A stretch of DNA of 64,000 nt. Source: Acidobacteriota bacterium. Lineage in GTDB: Bacteria; Acidobacteriota; UBA6911; RPQK01; CBDEGM01. The stretch's first letter is position 1, and each line of letters begins with the position of its first letter. A program made the translations under genes and the position numbers. The notes beneath the pieces are model-generated. The model searched no databases. It saw only the letters and a list, made by a program, of their open reading frames with translations, and was not told where the DNA came from. Shown in pieces: positions 58,877 to 64,000 of the stretch. The stretch covers positions 1,746,375-1,810,374 of the forward strand of contig CBDEGM010000003.1 in assembly GCA_965237715.1 (NCBI GenBank). Direction: 5' to 3'.

Positions 58877-59788
58877 ATGGGAACCCTCATGCGTCTTGCA
58901 TCGTTCATTGCATCCGCCGTTGGTGGGATCCTGATGCTCTGTCCCATCTCCGACGTGGCGGCCCAGAGCGGGTCCGGAGGTCCACCGCGCTCCGGGTGGT
59001 ACGTCGGCGGTGGCATCGGAGCAAATTGGGCATCCGACTTGGACCAGGAGGGCTGGAACCGGGAGACGACCTGCTATCCGACAGCCGCTTGTTTCGATGC
59101 GAACCCTGTTCCCGAAATCTCCGGATACCGCTGGCGTTACGATATCGACGCTGCCTCCGGAGCCGTATTCGAGATCTCAGCCGGCCTTATTTTTGATCGC
59201 ATCCGCTTGGAGCTATCGCTCGCGCAGCGGAGGAATGGCCTTAACCAGATGTTCCGCAGCATCACCGATTACGATGGAATGCCCATGGAGGCACGGCGCG
59301 GCGGTTCGGTCGTATCCAATGGCCGGGCCTCGATCGACCATCTGATCGTGCGTACCCTTGCGTTCAATGCGTACTACGATTTTCCGGATGCGTCGTACCG
59401 CGGAATTTCTCCCTACCTGGGAGCTGGGCTGGGTCCCGCGTTCGTCGAGGTGTCCGGGGTGCATTTCTCCACCGATTACCAGGACACGTCGGGCAGCGCT
59501 CAGGCTTACGATCCTCCCCTGTCGTTCTACAACAGCCGCCAGGACGCGGACCTCTCCGATACGGTCTTGGCCGGACACCTCCACGCCGGGGCCGACTACG
59601 GCCTGAACGACAAGACATTGTTGGGACTGAAGCTGACCTACTCGATGATAAGCGACATCGAAGCCAGCGGCGGATACTCGCTTCACCCGTTTCACGAGCG
59701 GGACCCCGACTTACCCAACCACAACGCGTTCACCGGTTCGCGTTACTGGACCCTGACGCTTACCGTCAAACGCCTGTTCGGCAACTGA
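58877..59788 (+). CDS. Outer-membrane beta-barrel protein
   Basis: Signal peptide MGTLMRLASFIASAVGGILMLCPISDVAAQ; beta-strand pattern. Confidence 0.45.
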   Translation: MGTLMRLASFIASAVGGILMLCPISDVAAQSGSGGPPRSGWYVGGGIGANWASDLDQEGWNRETTCYPTAACFDANPVPEISGYRWRYDIDAASGAVFEISAGLIFDRIRLELSLAQRRNGLNQMFRSITDYDGMPMEARRGGSVVSNGRASIDHLIVRTLAFNAYYDFPDASYRGISPYLGAGLGPAFVEVSGVHFSTDYQDTSGSAQAYDPPLSFYNSRQDADLSDTVLAGHLHAGADYGLNDKTLLGLKLTYSMISDIEASGGYSLHPFHERDPDLPNHNAFTGSRYWTLTLTVKRLFGN

Positions 59789-59798
59789 GCCGGTCCAT

Positions 59799-60176
59799 TT
59801 GAGGATAGTCTTCGTGAGCACCGACTACGATGCGGTCGCAGAAGAGTATAAGCGTTCGAAGCTTGCCCCGTGGCGGACCTACCTAGAGCGGTATTCGCTG
59901 CTGAATCTGTTGGGTGAAGTGAGAGGAAAGTCGGTTCTAGACCTCGCCTGCGGGGAAGGCTTCTACTCGCGTCTCATCAGAGAGCGTGGCGCTGGCCGAG
60001 TAGTCGGTGTTGATTGGTCCAGCGGGATGATCGGCTTGGCTATTGCTGCCGAGAAAGAATCGCCTCTCGGCATCAAGTACCGGGTTGGCGATGCCATGGC
60101 ATACCAGACGGACGAACGGTTCGATATCGTTGCCGCAGCCTACCTTCTCGGTGCTTCATCAGGGAACTGTTGTTGA
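59799..60176 (+). pseudogene. Class I SAM-dependent methyltransferase, N-terminal part only
   Basis: Motif I VLDLACGEGFYS; ORF ends prematurely before the IS481-like copy. Confidence 0.4.
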
Positions 60177-60288
60177 TTGTCTCCCAGTGTCTCCTCAACT
60201 CATGATCCTACCTGGACTTCCTGGCGGTTGTCTGTCATCAAGACATGTATGAAGCGGAGCAAGGAGTCCAATCGCACTTGTCCCAACC

Positions 60289-61707
60289 CGTAAGGTCAAA
60301 ATATTCAGCCGACCCACAAGTCTCTATTGTGCAACAAGTTGTAACCGTCACGGCAAACAGAAGTCAGGCCTTGGTTGAGCCCCAATGTTTTCCCCCTTTG
60401 CGTCTGAGCACTTGACGTGAGCATCTAATCAACCATGAACTTCGTGCTCAGGCCCTGGCAGCTGCTGCTCCTGATCTTGGCCGGTTGGATCAACAGAGAC
60501 CAGCAGGACGCGATCGAGTATCTTTTGACTGAGAATCAGGTACTCAGAGAAAAGCTCGGCAAGGGCCGCATTCTGCTCAACGACGGCCAGCGTCGACGCT
60601 TGGCCGTCAAGGGCAAGGTGCTGGGCCGAAAAAGCCTCGGCAAACTGGCCAAGATCGTCAGGCCCGACACGCTTCTGCGCTGGCATCGAGAGCTTATCGC
60701 TCGCAAGTGGGATCACTCAGACAAGAGGCAATCCGTTGGCCGGCCACGCATTCGACAACAGATTGTGGACTTGGCTCTGCGCATGGCTCAGGAGAATCCT
60801 AGCTGGGGCTATGACCGTATCCAGGGTGCTTTAGCCAACCTGGGCTTCCACATCTCTGACACCACGGTTGGCAACATTCTCAAAGCCCACGGCATCGAGC
60901 CAGCTCCAGAGCGCGAGAGCCGCACGGCCTGGCGTACCTTCCTTGCTGCTCACTGGGATTCGATCGCAGCCGCCGACTTTACGACCGTTGAGGTCTGGAC
61001 TCGGTCAGGACTGGTCACGTTCTACGTCCTTGTGGTGATGCATCTAAAGACGCGGCGCATTGAAATCGCGGGTGCGACGCCTCACCCCAACTCCGAATGG
61101 ATGCAGCAAGGCGGAAGGAACCTGACCGGCTGTGTCGACGGCTTTTTCCGCAGCTCGGCCCACGTCATCCTTGACCGTGACACGAAGCACTTGCCGTTGC
61201 GTCAGATCTTGAAGTCCAGCGACATCGAGGCGGTAGTCTTACCTCCCAAGAGTCCTAATCTCAATGCTCATCTGGAACGCTTCATGCGCTCCCTGAAATC
61301 TGAATGTCTCAACCGTATGATCTTCTTTGGTGAAGCGTCATTGCGTCGGGCCTTGAGAGAGTTCGGAGAGCACTTTCACCACGAACGGAATCATCAGGGA
61401 CTCGCGAACCGAATCATTGATGCGGGAGATGAAGTTGGTCGCAAGGACGGCGAATTAAGTTGCCGTCCCAGGCTCGGTGGCTTGCTTCGATACTACTATC
61501 GAGACGCTGCTTGAATTCGGATACACTCCATAAGACTGGGGAGAAGGTCGAGTCAGCACCGCTGTGCCGGAGCGACGACCTCACACCGGGAGCCCGTTTC
61601 CAAAAGCTGGTTTCTCAACGGAAATCGCCTGAGATTCCGATGCTCGCACGCCCATGAGCCCTTCTATCCTAAGGATCCGCTGCCCGACCGAATATTTTTA
61701 CCTTACG
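60289..61707 (+). mobile_element. IS481-like copy 5 (1419 bp; 1-bp insertion in the leader)
   Basis: aagtcaggccttgg versus aagtcagccttgg. Confidence 0.85.
60435..61514 (+). CDS. IS481-like transposase
   Basis: 359 aa. Confidence 0.85.
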   Translation: MNFVLRPWQLLLLILAGWINRDQQDAIEYLLTENQVLREKLGKGRILLNDGQRRRLAVKGKVLGRKSLGKLAKIVRPDTLLRWHRELIARKWDHSDKRQSVGRPRIRQQIVDLALRMAQENPSWGYDRIQGALANLGFHISDTTVGNILKAHGIEPAPERESRTAWRTFLAAHWDSIAAADFTTVEVWTRSGLVTFYVLVVMHLKTRRIEIAGATPHPNSEWMQQGGRNLTGCVDGFFRSSAHVILDRDTKHLPLRQILKSSDIEAVVLPPKSPNLNAHLERFMRSLKSECLNRMIFFGEASLRRALREFGEHFHHERNHQGLANRIIDAGDEVGRKDGELSCRPRLGGLLRYYYRDAA

Positions 61708-62057
61708 CCGTCCTCCACAATCGAGTTCCGAATCTATGGCGAAGACGGGATCAACCCTTTGGGGGAGGGGCTTGCAAGAGTGGGAAACTTCAACCAGGTC
61801 GCTCGAACCATCCCAGAGTGGTTCGATGCGGATGGAATCAATACGGAGTTCCTCCAGGACTTTCGGGGAATCTTGCTGTTGCGATCCGAGGATGGCTCTT
61901 TGTTCGCTCCGATTGGGATACGATTTGGGAAGCGGGGAGAATCGCTCTCATCGGTTCCTGTGATCCGGGTCACAGCGGTTCCGGAGTAGCCCCGCAGTCC
62001 TGACGTCGGGAGTGGGCTCGTTTGCGGGGTAGATCAGGTGGAAAGCGAGGACTTAAA

Positions 62058-62087
62058 ATAGCACGATAACATACTTTATCGTGCTAT
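62058..62087. terminator. AT-rich palindrome ATAGCACGATAA-N6-TTATCGTGCTAT downstream of hicA
   Basis: 12-bp perfect arms. Confidence 0.35.
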
Positions 62088-62144
62088 ATATGAGGCGCTC
62101 AAATCTGTTTACATCTGGAAATCTCAGTTGAGGCCCGGAAGTCC

Positions 62145-62369
62145 TTATCGATATTCGAGAAACTTATCGACGGTAAGACCGATGTCCTTTGCGATCCGAC
62201 GCAACAGGAGTGGCGAAATGTCTCGGCCCGAGTGGAAGGGGACGGTTGTGCCTCTTCCATCAGGATGACGGAACTGTCTATGAGAACCACGCTGCCGGAC
62301 CTCGGCAAAGCCGAGATGCTTCAAAATCGCAGCCACCTCGCGCGGCTTGAGTACCGGCACCTTTGTCAT
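62145..62369 (-). CDS. hicA: HicA-family mRNA interferase toxin
   Basis: LGFAEVRQRGSHRQFRHPDGRGTTVPFH. Confidence 0.75.
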   Translation of the reverse strand: MTKVPVLKPREVAAILKHLGFAEVRQRGSHRQFRHPDGRGTTVPFHSGRDISPLLLRRIAKDIGLTVDKFLEYR

Positions 62370-62371
62370 AG

Positions 62372-62581
62372 TCAGGGGAGAGAGACTCGTTGAGTTCCGA
62401 CAAACTCTCCTTCAAGTGTCGGCTCGCCATCTTCCAAAAGCATGCCCATCACTTCGCGAAGGTTCTTATTGAGTTCATCGAGCGTGTCGGCTTGGGAGTG
62501 AGCTCCGGGGAATCCGGGAACGTAGCCTACATAGAGACCAGTCTCAGGATCTTGTTCGACAACCGCCGTATATTCTTTCAT
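62372..62581 (-). CDS. hicB: HicB-family antitoxin (UPF0150)
   Basis: YTAVVEQDPETGLYVGYVPGFPGAHSQADTLDE. Confidence 0.7.
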   Translation of the reverse strand: MKEYTAVVEQDPETGLYVGYVPGFPGAHSQADTLDELNKNLREVMGMLLEDGEPTLEGEFVGTQRVSLP

Positions 62582-62717
62582 AACTGATATATACCCTTTC
62601 TCTTTTGATCTGGTCCGACTGAGAGGCTAACACGGCCGATCCTCAGAGTGAAGCACGCGACCAGGGACTGGATCAAGCGGTGACCCAAGCTGTGGAGAAG
62701 CCGGGCTTGCCACTACT

Positions 62718-63788
62718 CGCATTGTTGCATAAATCGCTTCGGCACGTCCGCTTGTCTCCGATGGGCCAGGGTGCCAGCATGAGGAATGACGCCGAATCAA
62801 TACGCGTTCCGGTACCGAGTACGCAACTGGTCAGACTACAATCGGGCGCTGATCGCCAGGGGGCGTCTGACCTTTTGGTTCGATGAGGACGCCGTTGCCG
62901 CCTGGCGGAACGCCGACCCGCCCAAGGGCCCCGGCGCTCCGAAGGTTTACTCCGACACGGCCATTCAGTGTGCGCTGATATTGAAGTCGGTGTTGCATCT
63001 TAGCCTTCGGTCGACGCAGGGCTTCGTTTCTTCGCTCCTGGAGTTGCTCAGACTCGATCTGCCAGTTCCAGACTACAGCACTCTCAGTAGACGACAGAGT
63101 TCCTTGGCGACGTTCTTGACTGTTAGCCCAAGCAGTCGGCCTCGGCACGTGGTTGTGGATGCGACGGGCCTGAGAGTGTACGGCTCGGGTGAATGGCACG
63201 TCCGAAAGCATCGACATGGCCGGCGCAGAGCCTGGCGTAAGCCGCGCCTGGGTGTCGATGAGAGGACGAAAGAGATTGTGGCGGTGGAGGTTACACCGAG
63301 CCGGGTCCACGACTGTCGTCTGTTGCCGGCCCTGCTGGATCAGATTCCGGGTCGCATCGTTCAAGTCTCGGGCGACGGGGCCTATGACACGAGGGCCTGT
63401 TATCAATCGATACTCGAGCGGGAGGCTGTCGCCACCATCCCTCCGCGACGCAGTGCGCGGCTGAGTGAAAGTGTGGACCCGCCTGCCTGGCGGGCAATGC
63501 GGGATGCCCATCTACGAGAGATAAGGAGACTCGGTCGATATGAATGGCGCATCTCCAGTGGTTGCGCCAGGCAAAGCCTTGCAGAGAATGCGATGTCGAG
63601 GTTCAAGACGTTGTTTGGGCCTAAGCTGTCGGCCCGACGATTCGACAATCAACGGGTCGAGGCCATCATCAAATGTGAGGTGCTGAATCGTATGTCAAGC
63701 CGGGGCATGCCTGAGTCAGTGCGAATTCGATAGCATTCAAACAGGACTGGGATCGGTCCGTGACCCGACCGGAATTGTGCAACAACGC
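62718..63788 (+). mobile_element. IS903-group IS, full copy (plus orientation)
   Basis: IRs cattgttgcataaatcgcttcg / ggaattgtgcaacaacgc. Confidence 0.8.
62786..63733 (+). CDS. IS903-group transposase
   Basis: 315 aa. Confidence 0.85.
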   Translation: MTPNQYAFRYRVRNWSDYNRALIARGRLTFWFDEDAVAAWRNADPPKGPGAPKVYSDTAIQCALILKSVLHLSLRSTQGFVSSLLELLRLDLPVPDYSTLSRRQSSLATFLTVSPSSRPRHVVVDATGLRVYGSGEWHVRKHRHGRRRAWRKPRLGVDERTKEIVAVEVTPSRVHDCRLLPALLDQIPGRIVQVSGDGAYDTRACYQSILEREAVATIPPRRSARLSESVDPPAWRAMRDAHLREIRRLGRYEWRISSGCARQSLAENAMSRFKTLFGPKLSARRFDNQRVEAIIKCEVLNRMSSRGMPESVRIR

Positions 63789-64000
63789 TTTCCCCAGGAC
63801 TCTGGAACCACGACTTAGAGATCGTGGAAGGGGTGCTGGAAGCTCCTTGCGGTCAGATCCTATCCCAATTCTTTGCCGGCAGGCGAGGGAAGTAGTTATC
63901 CGGGCTCTGGCCTGCGTCGGTCTCAGTCGCGCGCCAGTCGGGTCCGCAGGCGTTAGCCTGCGGACCCGTGGGCTAAAGCCCACGGCTCTGTTAGCCGGCC

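Overview
The window has two parts. Positions 1 to about 14,810 are a conserved housekeeping block of a roughly 56% GC bacterium: holA, rpsT, a phoH remnant, an arginase-family gene, ddl, psd, pssA, mgtE (interrupted by an in-frame TAA), recO, glyQ-glyS, convergent lpxD, murJ and a xerD-like recombinase. From 14,869 to the end is a roughly 49-kb accessory region saturated with mobile DNA. It holds seven copies or fragments of one IS481-like (rve DDE) IS of about 1.42 kb, and five copies or fragments of an IS903-group IS5-family IS of about 1.06 kb. It also holds three different IS6-family elements, one IS256/ISLre2-like element inserted into an IS481-like copy with an 8-bp TSD, five copies of a roughly 125-bp TA-flanked MITE with the TIR CTGTCAAGTTAAC, a Tn3-family terminal IR with a resolvase remnant, and a group II intron with an intact RT/maturase. 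Nested insertions (IS256-like into IS481-like, IS481-like into IS903-like, MITE into IS481-like, IS481-like into MITE) give a relative chronology. The cargo between the ISs looks like a degraded defence and accessory island. It contains a 1499-aa Avs4-like protein (Mrr-type nuclease, STAND NTPase and a long C-terminal sensor region) that overlaps an hsdS remnant. It also contains two HEPN-like genes between two MITE copies, an RloC/PrrC-like zinc-hook ABC ATPase, a Phd-like antitoxin with a disrupted vapC, a hicBA pair and an HExxH protein. The most unusual item is a duplicated TlpA-like thioredoxin-fold gene in which an in-frame TGA sits exactly at the first Cys of the CxxC motif (giving U-L-P-C), followed by a SECIS-like hairpin. 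This is a candidate selenoprotein gene carried on MITE/IS-associated DNA. Other cargo includes an ABC exporter, an M4 metalloprotease, two OMP beta-barrels, a 722-aa protein built from four tandem GT9-like repeats, and an iteron-like 21-bp repeat array directly abutting the intron 5' end. No rRNA, tRNA or CRISPR array was found.
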